A DNA stretch of 64,000 nt from Octopus vulgaris (Eukaryota): the NCBI GenBank assembly GCA_951406725.2, contig OX597833.1, forward strand, positions 45,446,001-45,510,000. Reading direction: 5' to 3'. Below, one piece after another: positions 26,957 through 39,899 of this stretch. Position numbers and translations under genes: made by a program. Within the stretch, counting starts at the first letter, position 1. Each line of letters begins with the position of its first letter. Below the pieces are notes generated by a model. It made no database searches, had not been told where the DNA came from, and worked only from the letters and a program-made list of their open reading frames with translations.

Positions 26957-27340
26957 GTGCTGCTGCTGCCGCTACTACTGCTGCTGCTGCCGCTACTACT
27001 ACTGCTGCTGCTGCCGCTACTATTGCGGCTGCTGCCGCTACTACTGCTGCTGCTGCCGCTACTGCTGCTGCCGCCACTACTACTGCTGCTGCTGCCGCTA
27101 CTGGTGCTGCCGCTACTACTGCTGCTGCTGCCGCTACTGCTGCTGCCGCCACTACTACTGCTGCTGCTGCCGCTACTACTACTGCTGCTGCCGCTACTAT
27201 TACTGCTGCTGCTGCCGCTACTACTGCGGCTGCTGCCGCTACTGCTGCTGCCGCTACTGCTGCTGCCGCTACTACTACTACTGCAGCTGCCACTACTACT
27301 GCTGCTGCTGCTGCTACTACTACTACTACTACTACTACTA
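26957..27340. repeat. Compound (GCT/GCC/ACT)n trinucleotide repeat
   Basis: Recurring gctgctgctgccgctactact units; gives spurious poly-Leu and poly-Ala/Val ORFs. Confidence 0.9.
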
Positions 27341-27375
27341 AGTTTTCATCTTTTTCTCCCACCATATCTTTCCAG

Positions 27376-27429
27376 GTGCCGATGAAGAAATACGGAAATG
27401 TGCTGAACGTCCTTATTGCAGAAAGTTGG
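27376..27429 (+). CDS. TSR protein small exon completing TSR 5
   Basis: tttccag|GT...TTGG|gtaag; 54 nt, phase 1-1; GADEEIRKCAERPYCRKL supplies the last two Cys of the TSR begun at 19577. Confidence 0.85.
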
Positions 27430-28667
27430 GTAAGAACTAGATCCCCCACCATTCTAACTAAAATATTCTAACTAAAAGTTTGTGTCATCATAGAGAATAC
27501 AGTGAGTGTTAAAAAGCTAATTAGAAATAACCTTGTGGTGAGGAAAATACAATATAAATTAATAACTAATATTTCTAAAATTTATTCTACTAAGTGTGGA
27601 AGATAACTCCAAGCATGTTCCAGTTTTTTGATATACCTGGTGTTAATAATGTAGTTCATTGACGGAATCATTAGCTCGTTAGGCAAAATGATTGGCAGCA
27701 TTTCACCCATCTTTATGTTCTGAGTTAAAATTCTTCCAACGTCGACTTTGCCTTTCATCCTTTTGGGATCGATAAAATGTGGAGTACTGGTGTAAATATA
27801 TAATCGACTAAACCACTTCACCAACATTTCAGTCCTTCTGCCTATAGTAGAAAGGAATGTAAATGGTGTTAATGAAGTGGTGACCTTGCAGAACAGTTTG
27901 CATGCCAGGCTTTACGTTCTGAGTTCGAATTCCGCTGAGGTCAACTTTGCCTTTTACCCTTTCGGGGTTGAGAAATTGAGTACCAGTTATGTACTGGAGT
28001 TGATGTGACTGCTTGTTCCTCCTCCCCACAAAAATCCAGGCCTTGTGCGTATAGTAGAAAGGATTATGATTATCATTAATATTATTGCCAAGGCGGTGAG
28101 CTGGCAGAAACGTTAGCATGCTGGGCGAAATGCTAAGTGGCATTTTGTCTGTTCAAATTCCTCCAAAGTCACCTTTGCCTTTCATTCTTTCAAGGTCGAT
28201 AAAATAAGTACCTATTTCTTTATTACCCACAAGGAGCTAAACATAGAGGGGACAAACAAGGACAGACATAGGTATTATGTCGATTACATCGACCCCAGTG
28301 CGTAACTGGTACTTAATTTATCGACCCCGAAAGGATGAAAGGCAAAGTCGACCTCGGCGGAATTTGAACTCACAACGTAACAGCAGACGAAGTACCGCAA
28401 AGCATTTCACCCGGTGTGCTAATGCTTCTGCTAGCTCGCCGATAAAATAAGTACCATTTAAGCACTGATGTGGCTGGGAGGCAAACAGTCATGCCAACAA
28501 ACGTAAAATCAATGAGGGCCTAAATAATACTTACAAAATTATGATGGTGGATAGCAAGATCATTAGAGTGATAATCCCTCACATCCTTTTATCACTGTAA
28601 TGCCAAAAGCCTTTAACAAAAAAGATGATATAATTATTAATGTATATATATTAATGTACTTTTTCAG

Positions 28668-28756
28668 TTTCCATTCATAAAACAACAACAATTAGAACAA
28701 CAGAACTTACTGAACAATATCTTATAGAATCAACGTTGCATAACCTAACAACTATG
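28668..28756 (+). CDS. TSR protein Thr-rich exon
   Basis: tttttcag|TT...ATG|gtaagt; phase 1 to 0, open in frame: VSIHKTTTIRTTELTEQYLIESTLHNLTTM (NLT sequon). Confidence 0.65.
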
Positions 28757-29470
28757 GTAAGTCCATTTCTATAGTCCCAGAAGGTCTTTCCATTTTTACC
28801 TGTTTTCAAGCAACTTAATCCTAAAATTTTTCTTCAAAATTTTTCATTTTTACACATTAAACATGTAATCCATTTGTTCATTTCATGTCCATTTCTTTTC
28901 ATGCTAACATTGGTTGGACGTAGACATATTTTCAAACAAAGAACCATCTCACCCTGTCTTTTTTCCATCTTAAACAAAGCATCAACCCAATACATTCATT
29001 GTGTATGCTCTTTTGACTTTTTAAAAAATAATTTTTGATTTGCTTATATATATATATATATCTATATCTGAGATCCCCTTCGGTCACGACACTGACCATA
29101 GGATTGCAACTAGAAAGTTACCCTCTGCGACACAAGTCCGGGCAAGGTTGTTTATGGAAGACCAGCAGTCGCCCATGTACACTGCCCATGTACATGGCTG
29201 TTCACACACAGGCATCATACAGTCTACCGTTCACTCTAAGCGAGAGGCCCTTTGTTACCAGCAGAAGTAGGAGATCTGTGAACTTTGCCTAAGCAATTCT
29301 TATTCTACGCTCTCTCAGCATCCATCAACTACAGCTGAGTAAACTGGAGCAACGTGAAATAAAGTGTCTTGCTCAAGAACACAACACGCAGCGCGGTCCG
29401 GGATTCAAACTCACAACCTCATGGTCATAAGTTTGGCACTCTAACCACTGAGCAATGTGCCTTCACTTTG

Positions 29471-29533
<63 letters not shown>

Positions 29534-29553
29534 ATCCATATATATATCATCAT

Positions 29554-29600
<47 letters not shown>

Positions 29601-29685
29601 ATCCAAACATGAAAACACAACAATGCAAGGATGTGGAACAAGTATAGTGTTATTGGACGCTCAGGAAAGGAAAGAAAGAAGGAGG

Positions 29686-29719
29686 ATTTAATGTTTTGAG
29701 CGGAGCTCTTCGTCAGAAA
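29686..29719 (-). ncRNA. Degenerate minimal hammerhead motif
   Basis: Minus strand: ttt CTGACGA a gagc tcc gctc aAAA cat TA aa. G12 is lost, consistent with CpG decay. Same architecture as 6613-6648, in a (TA)n-flanked element. Confidence 0.45.
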
Positions 29720-29953
29720 CATAGGAAAAGGAAAGATCCAAGGAAGGAAAAAAAATCGCCAACGATACACACGCAGTCACATATTGAATATATATATATA
29801 TATATATATTGTTATATTTCAGAATGGTCATTTTGCCAGTTTAGCCAATAAAAACACACGCACTATATTTGCTAAACTGGCAAAATGACCATTCAGAAAT
29901 ATAACAATATCTGTTTCAACACACGACTTCACATAAAAAATCTTGCACAACAA

Positions 29954-30007
<54 letters not shown>

Positions 30008-30129
30008 TAAATTAGAGACAAAACCACTATTAGGCAAATCAAACAATGAAAAACTTAAGCCAATACATATGATTAATTTATATTATTTAAATATATAACA
30101 AAATTATTAAAAAAATATAATTAATATCA

Positions 30130-30193
30130 CACTACGATCGTTTCATGCCGGCTAACATCTTCAAATTTTTGAGTCGCAGTCATTCATCAGGTG
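30130..30193 (-). ncRNA. Type I hammerhead ribozyme, intact core
   Basis: Minus strand: cac CTGATGA atg...cat GAAA cgatcg TA^ gtg. Stem III is the palindrome ACGATCGT; stem I is short. Confidence 0.7.
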
Positions 30194-30341
30194 GTTTAAA
30201 TATTTTTCTTGGCGAGGTTTATATAAATTATTAGTGATGGAAGCAGTATTAGTACCAAGAGGCAATCTTTACCACCAGCTTAGTGTGGATGTCTTGTTAG
30301 AACTCTGAATACTGTGTTATTCATCATCATCATCATCATCA

Positions 30342-30415
<74 letters not shown>

Positions 30416-31050
30416 GTTGTTGTTATTATCTTTATTATTACAGTGGCCTAAGACTAGCACTGAACAAGTTTCTACTCTGAATATTTCACTCATACCATAA
30501 ACAAAAGTGATCTTTATTTGAAAATGGGTTAGTATTTTTTTCTTTTATACAAATGCATGTGTATCATCATCATCATCATCATCATTATCATCATGTCCTT
30601 GTCTACATTTCCATGTTTGCCTGGGTCAGTCAAAATTTGTTGAAGCAGATTTTCTATAGCTGGGTGTTCTTTTTTTTTTTTTTTAAACCCTCACCTATTT
30701 TCAAGCAAGGTGACATTTCTCTTAGTTCCTTTGGGCATGAAACAGTACAGTGACTGGATGTGCTTTTTATGGAAGATAGTTAACAAACCTCTCATGTGTA
30801 GCAGTGAATTTTATATGTATACCATCATTATCATTATCACCATCATGTTACATCCATGTTCCATGTTGGCATGGTTGGACAGTTTGACAAGGATCTGATG
30901 AGTCAAAGATCTGTTTTCATGCTCTGGTGTCTGCTTTGGCATGGTTTCTACAACTTTTGGTGTGCACTGGTTGTTTTTTTTTTTCATGCTCCTGGCATTA
31001 CTGCCGTTACTATGTTGCTCAGAAGACAACAAACCCAGGGCGGGAGGATA

Positions 31051-31376
31051 TCTATATATATAAAACTCAACTTGTGTGTCTGTGTGTTTAACTTCCCGGA
31101 ACATCTCCTCCTAGCCAACAAATCATAGAACCACCAAAAATGGGTCACTTAAAGTTTAGGCGAATGAAAATTGAACTGCGCTATTTCTGTTCCGAAATTC
31201 AGCTCACAAGTGCAAAAATCGATAATGTGTTTGTTTAGGCCTTATCCCATGCATTGATTAGTGAACTTTACTCAGTCAGCTGTTTGACGTGAACTGTGTT
31301 CACCACGCTTCAAGCATGCGTAAATTGCATGAAAAATAAAAAAAATCAAGATATAAAAACGGGCAATACTGCTAGT
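31051..31376 (+). mobile_element. Non-autonomous Helitron
   Basis: a|tctatatatataaaactc...gtgtgtctgtgtg...acgggcaatactgCTAG|t. Confidence 0.65.
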
Positions 31377-31623
31377 ATCTAATAAAGTTGGTTTAAGTTT
31401 TATGCCAAATAAACTCATTTAAAACAACAACAACAACAACAGATTATTGTTCAAGGTAAGTTCGCCAGACATAGAACTTAAACCTACTTTACTTAAACTT
31501 CTGAAACACCCATGGCTGCTATATCTATGTATATGTATCTATATCTGTCTGTTTGTCTGTCTGTCTGTCTCTCTCCCCCTCTCTCTCTCTCCCCCCTCTC
31601 TCTCTCCCCGTCTCTCTCTCTCT

Positions 31624-31680
<57 letters not shown>

Positions 31681-31757
31681 CAATTCATAAATAAGGGCAA
31701 ACGAAAAAATCTTCCATGGGTATGAGTAAGTATCTCATTTATTTCTTTTGCCACATG

Positions 31758-31815
31758 TATCACTGACGAAGGGAGGGCTGTTATAAGCTAACCCTGAAAT
31801 CGGTCCGATATGGTA
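31758..31815 (+). ncRNA. Type I hammerhead ribozyme, intact core, in a (TA)n-flanked element (~31680-32060)
   Basis: tatca CTGACGA aggg...ccct GAAA tcggtccga TA^ tggta. Stem I is tatca/tggta and stem III atcgg-t-ccgat. Confidence 0.8.
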
Positions 31816-32237
31816 ATAATGGAATATTTTAGAAATTTCTGTCGACCTTTTTTTGAGTAGCGTGCAGATTGTGAAAAAATTAATGGTTAATGGACAATAT
31901 GTCCAATTTTTCGGCATATTTGGCATTGAAAATGTTTTCGTTTGCCCTTATTTATAAATTGTTTATGAATTTAACCTTTAAAGGTATTTTTTTAATATGC
32001 TGGCCATTGATAAAATTTTTTTTGGGAAAAGAATTTTTTTCGAAAAAATTTTATCCTACATATATATATATATACTCTTTACTCTTTTACTTGTGTCAGT
32101 CATTTGACTGTGGCCATGCTGGAGCACCACCTTTTGTCAAGCAAATCAACCCCAGGAATTATTCTTTGTAAGCCTAGTACTTATTCTATTGGTCTCTTTT
32201 TGCCCAGTAAAAGTGTATATATAATATAGGCAAAGAT

Positions 32238-32466
32238 ATATATGGCTACTCTATGAAGTTACCCTGGGTTTCATATCCATAAAGTGCTTAGCTTTACAGC
32301 ATTTGTTCAGACCCTAGGCCTATGGCCTGTCTAGCAAGTTGCCACTCTAGAAAATGGAGGAAGAAAAGACTTCTAGACAGGCTATAGGCCTAGGGTCTGA
32401 AGGAATGCTGTAGAGCTAAGAGCTTTATGGATGTGAAACCCAGGGTAACTCCATAGACTGGCCACT
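32238..32466. mobile_element. ~100-bp inverted repeat, each arm with a decayed hammerhead motif
   Basis: Arms ~32238-32338 and ~32369-32466. The plus arm reads gggt CTGAAGG...GAAA cccaggg TA actc at 32393-32451. Confidence 0.6.
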
Positions 32467-32926
32467 TCTATCGTTATATATACACTCTACTTCTCTATAA
32501 CTCAGAGTGTGCTTTTTTTTTGAATTTATGATTTACTGGTTTGTTCACCATTTTTGTCAGTCTGTGGAGAAATAGGCAAAATTTGCCCTGTTTATAATTA
32601 TATCATATGTTACATATTTATTATATCATACCTTGATACTGTGTGGACTAAGATCCCCGTTGACGAGCCACTTGTATTTATAGAGTGTTAAACACATTTG
32701 GTATGCAAATTAGGGACCTCTTCATAGAGCAGCTGCTGCATTTGTTGAGTATATAAACAGTTTGGTTGCCTGTTTCTCTGGAAACTGTCACAATGATGTA
32801 GACATCTCTGATAAGAACCTTGGGTAAGTGTCCTCTTCTATAGCCTCGATATATATATGCATGTTCACGTGCAAGTAATGAGATAAAAAACCAAGGCTGT
32901 GTAGATTTTAGAACATTTATAAATAG

Positions 32927-32974
32927 GTCTTACAGCTGTTTCTAGGATATTTATTATATCCCTTCATCAGAGAC
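32927..32974 (-). ncRNA. Type I hammerhead ribozyme (left arm of inverted repeat ~32874-33292; decayed plus copy at 33182-33229)
   Basis: Minus strand: gtct CTGATGA a gggatat aataa atatcct a GAAA cagctg TA^ agac. Stem III is the palindrome ACAGCTGT; the first stem II position is an A-A mismatch. Confidence 0.72.
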
Positions 32975-33398
32975 GGTGTGAGAAGATCATCATCATCATT
33001 TAACATCCGTTTTCCATGCTTGTATAGGTTGGACGGTTCGACCAGGGTCTGGGAAGCCAGGAGGCTGTGCCAGGCTCCAGTCTGATCTGGCAGTGTTTCT
33101 ACAGCTGGATGCTAACCACTCCGTGAGTGTATGGTTAAGCAAATATCTAAATTATCTGTTGCTTAACCATCTTCTCACACTGTCTCCGATGAAGGGATAT
33201 AATAAATATTTTAGAAACAGCTGTAAAACCTTGTATTGTATTTATAAATGTTCTAAAATCTACACAGCCTTGGTTTTTTTATCTCATTACACAAAAAAAT
33301 TTATATATTTATATATATGAATATATATATATATACATATATATATGTCTGTATATATATCTATATCTATATCTATATATATATGTATATATATATAT

Positions 33399-33439
<41 letters not shown>

Positions 33440-33896
33440 TGTATGTTTGTCCCCCAACATCACTTGACAACCGATGCTGGTGTGTTTACGTCCCTGTAAC
33501 TTAGCGGTTCAGCAAAACAGACCGATAGAATAAGTACGAGGCTTACAAGGTACAAGTCTTGGGGGGGTCGATTTGTTCGACTAAAGGCGGTGCTCCATCA
33601 TGGCCGCAGTCAAATGACTGAAACAAACAAAAGAATATATACACTCACATAATAATGATCAAAACAAGCATGTCAAGGAGAAACCAATGAAAAGGAGAAA
33701 ATTGCAACACACTCACAAACATACAATGCACTCAGTGGCTGTGTGGTAAGTAGCTTGCTTACCAACCACATGGTTCCGGGTTCAGTCCCACTGCGTGGCA
33801 CCTTAGGCAAGTGTCTTCTACTATAGCCTCAGGCCGACCAAAGCCTTATGAGTGGATTTGGTAGACGGAAACTGAAAGAAGCCTGTCGTATATATG

Positions 33897-33950
<54 letters not shown>

Positions 33951-34253
33951 TGTGTATGTGTGTGTGTTTGTGTCTGTGTTTGTCCCCCCAACATCGCTTG
34001 ATAACCAATGCTGGTGTGTTTACATCCCCGTAACTTAGCAGTTTGGCAAAAGAGACCGATAGGATAAGTACTAGGCTTGCAAAGAATAAGTTCCGGGGTC
34101 GATGTGCTCGACTAAAGGCGGTGCTCCAGCATGGCCGCAGTCAAATGACTGAAACAAGTAAAAGAGTAAAAGAGTATACAAGTATATTTAATTCTTCCAC
34201 AGTTTCATTTCTACCCTACTAATTCAAATTTCTATTTCTTGTTCTTTCTCAAG

Positions 34254-34382
34254 GGTTTCCTAGGAACCAAGGACAATTCTGAAGAAGAAGAAGTTTTGAT
34301 TTTTTTTTCTCTTTTTGAACTTGGTTTTGGCCTTGGCAGTAGCTGTGACAAGCACCAACTTCAGCAGTGTATATATAGTTAG
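34254..34382 (+). CDS. Candidate terminal exon of the TSR gene
   Basis: ctactaat branch-point-like motif, pyrimidine tract and aag|. Phase 0 reads GFLGTKDNSEEEEVLIFFSLFELGFGLGSSCDKHQLQQCIYS*. A nearby tag| acceptor would give EPRTILKKKKF*. No homology support. Confidence 0.3.
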   Translation, partial: GFLGTKDNSEEEEVLIFFSLFELGFGLGSSCDKHQLQQCIYS

Positions 34383-34803
34383 TGACCGAAAACTCATGAT
34401 ATTGCTGCTAGCAAGGAGATTTATTCAATGTGTGTTACAGCTTTTCAGTACTTTTACTATAAATATTTACATATTCACGACTGCTAAGATTGAAACATGC
34501 TCTCCCGCATCCATTCCATTCATTTAATTAAAGTTTTAGATTTGCATGTTTTCAAATTTAAAAAGCAACAAGATAAAACAAAACAAAACAAAACAAAACA
34601 AACAAAGCAGAATTATATACTTTCATTACTTACCTTCAAAGTATATCAAAATGAAGACCCATATACTTGGATCATGCTCAGATTTTGGGGGCTGCATTTT
34701 TCATATTGCACAAGGAACTCCAATGACATTAGTACTTGCTATTCACAGGCATTTCATGGTTGACAGTGGAACTTCTATTATTATAATTGTTATTATGATT
34801 ATT

Positions 34804-34838
<35 letters not shown>

Positions 34839-35081
34839 TTCTAAGGTGGCAAGCTGGCAGAATTGTTAGCATGCCTGTTGAAATGCTTGGCAGCATTTCG
34901 TCTGTCTTTATGTTCTGAGTTCAAATTCCACCAAGGTCAACTTTGCCTTTTGCCCTTTCGGGGTCGATAAATTAAGTACCAGTTAAGCACTGAGGGTCAA
35001 TGTAATTGACTTACCCAACTCCCCACAAATTTCAGGCCTTGAGCCTTTAGTAAAAAGGATTATTATTATCATTATTATTGC

Positions 35082-35135
<54 letters not shown>

Positions 35136-35429
35136 TATTATTATTATTATCATCATTAAAGTGGTGAGCTGACAGAATCATTAGCATGCTGGGCAAAATG
35201 CTTTTCATCCGTCTATACATTCTGAATTCAAATTATGCCAATGTCAACTTTGCCTTTCATCCCTTCAGGACTGATAAAATAAGTACCAGTTGAGTACTGG
35301 GGTTGATGTAATTGACTACCCCCTCCCCCACAAATTTCAGGCCTTGTACCTATAGTAGAAAGGATTATTATTATTATTATTATTACTTTTTTTTTATTTT
35401 TATGGGCCAGTGTGGAAAATAAAAGATGA

Positions 35430-35468
<39 letters not shown>

Positions 35469-35735
35469 CATCATCATCATCAAGGTGGTGAGCAGGCAGA
35501 ATTGTTAGCACGCTGGGTGAAATGCTTAGGGGTATTTCGTCTGCTGCTGCATTCCGAGTTCAAATACCACCGAGGTTGACTTTGCCTTTCATCCTTTTGG
35601 GGTCGATAAAATAAGTACCAGTTGAACACTGGGGTCTATGTAATCGACTCATACCCACATCCCCCTAGCTGCCTTTGTGGCAAAAATTAGAAAAAATAAT
35701 TCTTATTATTGTAATCATTATTTTTATTTTTATCA

Positions 35736-35766
<31 letters not shown>

Positions 35767-38329
35767 TATTATTATTATTATTACAACTATTACTATTATT
35801 GTTATTATTATTTAAAATAACATATGATGTATATAAATATGTCTCTGAACTTATAAAGGAAGATGATTATAATAAATTGTTGATACCAAAGATTAAATCC
35901 CCATCAAAAAATCTGTGTTTTCATTATTCTTTCTGTTGGGGTGGCCATTATTGTTTTGATTTATATACATGCATATATACATGTAGGTATGGATTTGTGG
36001 TATGACTAAGACGTAGAGGTCATCATCATCATCATCATCGTTTAACGTCCGCTTTCCATGCTAGCATGGGTTGGACGGTTCAACTGAGGTCTGGGAAGCC
36101 CGAAGGCTGCACCAAGCCAGTCAGATCTGGCAGTGTTTCTACAGCAGGATGCTCTTCCTAACGCCAACCACTCCGTGAGTGTAGAGGGTGCTTTTTACGT
36201 GCCACCCACACGGAGGCCAGGCGAGGCTGGCAACGGCCACGATCGGATGGTGTTTGTTACGTGCCACCGGCACGGAGGCCAGTCGATGCGGAGCTGGCTA
36301 CGGCCATGTTCGGATGGTTCTCTTACATGCCACCGGCACTGGTACCACAACTACAAATTCCGTTGATGTTGATCGATTTCGATTTGATTTTCACTTGCCT
36401 CAACAGCTCTTCACAAGTAGAGTTATGTGTCCCAAGAAGGAAGGTATGCACAGGTGGACTGACTACGTCCCAGGTAGAGGCCACGGGTTATGGCCTCACT
36501 TGTCCTGCCAGGTCTTCGTTAGAGGAAAGCAAATCTAACTTCTGACATACCCCTGAAAGCAATTGTCCCTCGATGTCATATGATCCTAGAAACAGTGAAA
36601 TGCTAAAATTTTAAATTGCAGGTTACAGGCCTAAGTGAGCCAGTGTTGTTGAGTTGGACATTAAAACAACTGTTTCCTAAAACTATTTGACATATGATTC
36701 AATGTTGTTACCAGTGTAACAGTAATAAATGAATGGAAAGTTGGATTATTAGATGTGAGAAGTCTCTGTTTTTTTGTTCAGCATGTGTATATTGTTAAAT
36801 GATTGCATTGGACACGACAGTCCAATGGGAAGCTACTGAAAAGTAGCAGAAGGTTCTTTTCAACAGCGGTATGGCAGAAATGTTAGCACGCCGGGCGAAA
36901 TGCTTAGCGGTATTTCGTCTGCTGCTACGTTCTGAGTTCAAATTCCGCCGAGTGCAGATATGAACAGATATGAACAGCATATGGAAACAGTATTAAGGAA
37001 GGATAGGAGAATATTAGATTTATAAGCCCTAAAATTCATTCCATAATTGCCCACGGGCATGTGTCGTAGTGGTTAAGAGCGTGCAGTGACCTGCATAATA
37101 ATAGTAATAATAATAATAATAACATCGAAAAATACATTCGAAATTTCCCTCAAGACACCCGATGAAGCCGAAACATTGAGGACAAATATCCGTCAATTGT
37201 AAATAATGTAGATGCATGAGTAATATTGAATGTATGTTGCTACGTAAGTGCAGAAAAAACAAGCAAGGAGAGAGGAGGTATCTTGATGAACTAATTTGTA
37301 CGATGAAAATAATTAAAAAGATAGCTGTTGTTAGATAGCACATTGGAAGTGTGCAGATGAGCGCAGACCTCCACCAAGCAGCTCATTTCCACCCTGAAAA
37401 TCGCCCAATTTCCCAAACCAACGCCGACAAATACATAACCACAGCCATATGATTTTAAGAAAAAAAAAATACCCCTTAAAAACAGGAATCATCTGAAGCA
37501 GTTCACAACCACCAACATCATCAGCAGCATTGTTATCATGACGGTTACCTTGACAGTCACTTTCACCACCACATAGATGGATGGAAGCACTCCGTCGGTT
37601 ACGACGACGAGGGTTCCGGTTGATCCGAATCAACGGAACAGCCTGCTCGTGAAATTAACGTGTAAGTGGCTGAGCACTCCACAGACACATGCACCCTTAA
37701 CGTAGTTCTCAGGGATATTCAGCGTGACACAGAGAGTGACAAGGCCGGCCCTTTGAAATACAGGTACAACAGAAACAGGAAGTAAGAGTGAGAGAAAGTT
37801 GTGGTGAAAGAGTACAGCAGGGATCACCACCATCCCCTGCCGGAGCCTCATGGAGTTTTAGGTGTTTTCGCTCAATAAACACTCACAACGCCCGGTCTGG
37901 GAATCGAAACCGCGATCCTATGACCGCGAGTCCGCTGCCCTAACCACTGGGCCATTGCGCCTCCACTTTTCACCACCACAACCAGTATAACCACTGCAAT
38001 ACCACCATCACACAACTAACACTATCATCAACACCACTATTACCACCATCACCTCAGCATCATTATAAAATCGGCATTATAACCACCGATACTATTTTAA
38101 AAGTACCAGTTTCGTACTGGGTCGATATAATCGACTTAATCCCTTTGTCTGTCCTTGTTTGTCCCCTCTATGTTTAGCCCCTTTGTGGGCAATAAAGAAA
38201 TATATTTTATCCTCCTCCCATACCTATCCCGACCATCGTCATCATCAACACTATCTCTAAACAGCAACGCTACCATTGGTTATGTGGAAACGATGTGATT
38301 TCAAGGGGGATAATCAAAGAATGTAACAT

Positions 38330-38541
38330 AGTAATACTTCATGTAAAGTAAATATAACAAAGGAAAAATCCTTCAAGAATCCACAAAAATTCCCGGATCA
38401 CTACCAAAATTTCATCATCTGTTTCTTGTGTCATTACCAACTTTTCTTGCAAGTTTCATCAAATACTTTTTGAGTTATTTTGCACACAGACGGAGAAACC
38501 AACGCAAATGAAAACATAACCCCCTTCCTTGGCGGAGGTAA
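38330..38541 (+). mobile_element. Helentron/HINE-like non-autonomous relic
   Basis: Ends aacataacccccttccttggcggaggtaa, a terminal hairpin-like motif I associate with this class. Confidence 0.45.
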
Positions 38542-39899
38542 AAATGCGTATGAAAATAAAAGTAAGGAGAGAGCACGTTAATATTTGTGTTGGCATGTAA
38601 TTGAAGAATGGTAAAATGTGCGTAAGCGAACAAAGCAAAGAAACAAAAGAATGTAAGTACGAAGCAAAAAGAAATAAAAACATGCAATGCAAACAAATGA
38701 AAGAAAAATAAGGACAAATTCTCCATATATACATAGTTCGTTGTTGGGCCACAAGTACTGAATTAGAAACTCTTAATGACATGAGAAACATTTATGAGGA
38801 TTCTATGAAGTTTAGATATATACGTGACTGCCTGGAAAACCGAAGCAAAAGGGTTGATTCTGTATTTCTAGGCATGAATTATTTATTTATGCGCATTTTT
38901 CAAGCCTAGCCAGGCTCATGGGCCCGGTTTCCCCGGTTTCTGTGGCATATGTGTTCTCTCCCCCAGCTGGACGGGATGCCAAGAAACTGGAAGAAAGAGT
39001 GAGACAAAGTTGAGGCGAAAGAGTACAACAGGGGTCGCCACCACCACCTGCCGGAGCCTCATGGAGGTTTAGGTGTTTTTTCGCCCAATAAACGCACACA
39101 ATACCCGGTCTGGGAATCGAAACCGCGATCCTCCGACCGCGAGTTCGCTGCCCTAACCACTGGGCCATTGCGCCTCCAAGGCATGAATTGCAGGCTGTAT
39201 ATTTGCTTTCAGTAGTTTTCCGTCATTGTGGGCTTCCATTTTTGTCGACAGAGAGAGGCTTAGGAGTGTGAAACAACTGTTTCAGCGTTGGAGTTTGCTA
39301 CGATTATAGAATTGCAGTGTTTGCAATGTGAGGGCATCGGTCAGCGAATATGTTGAATGATTTTCGCCGGCTGAAACATTTCATATGATGTAGGATACTT
39401 CTTTTTTACCCGTTGAGTTGTGAATGTAAGTTGGAAACGGTGTTGCTTCGTTTCTTCTTGCGGGTTTTCCAGTTTAGCATAAGAATAGATACAGTTCCCT
39501 AGTATAACAATGATAAACAAAAGGGAAGCTGAATGGATGAATGTGAAAAAAGTTATTTTCGATTCATCATTTGTTTATCGTTAAATGGCTGTATTGGACA
39601 CGACGGTCCTAAAGGGAACAACAGAAAAGCGAAACAAAGTTCTTTTCGAACAGTAACGTGGTTATGGCCTGGTTCTGTAGTTAAGTAAGCATGAAAGAAA
39701 GAAAAGAGAGAGAGAGAGAGAGATGAGGCGGGGGGAAGACAGATAGATAGATAGTCCGAGGAAGAGAGAATGAGTGGAAATTGAGTATCGCCTAGCATAG
39801 TACAGCCCTAAGCTTATAGCAGTTTAAGTCGTTTGTGTTGCAAGATCCAATGTTGACAAAAGTTTAACTGACAAGTCCAGCTGCCGAACTGTTGCTGAC

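Noticed and set aside
26916-27452. Poly-Ala/Val (-) and poly-Leu (+) ORFs that look like antifreeze or membrane proteins
   Set aside because: Intronic trinucleotide repeat that is trivially open in several frames. The real exon (27376-27429) is on the + strand in another frame.
34780-35810. Regularly spaced repeats resembling a CRISPR-like array
   Set aside because: Tandem SINE family-2 copies separated by (ATT)n tails in eukaryotic DNA; no cas genes or unique spacers.
36622-36690. Alternative terminal exon for the TSR gene (VTGLSEPVLLSWTLKQLFPKTI*)
   Set aside because: Poor pyrimidine tract and no supporting evidence.
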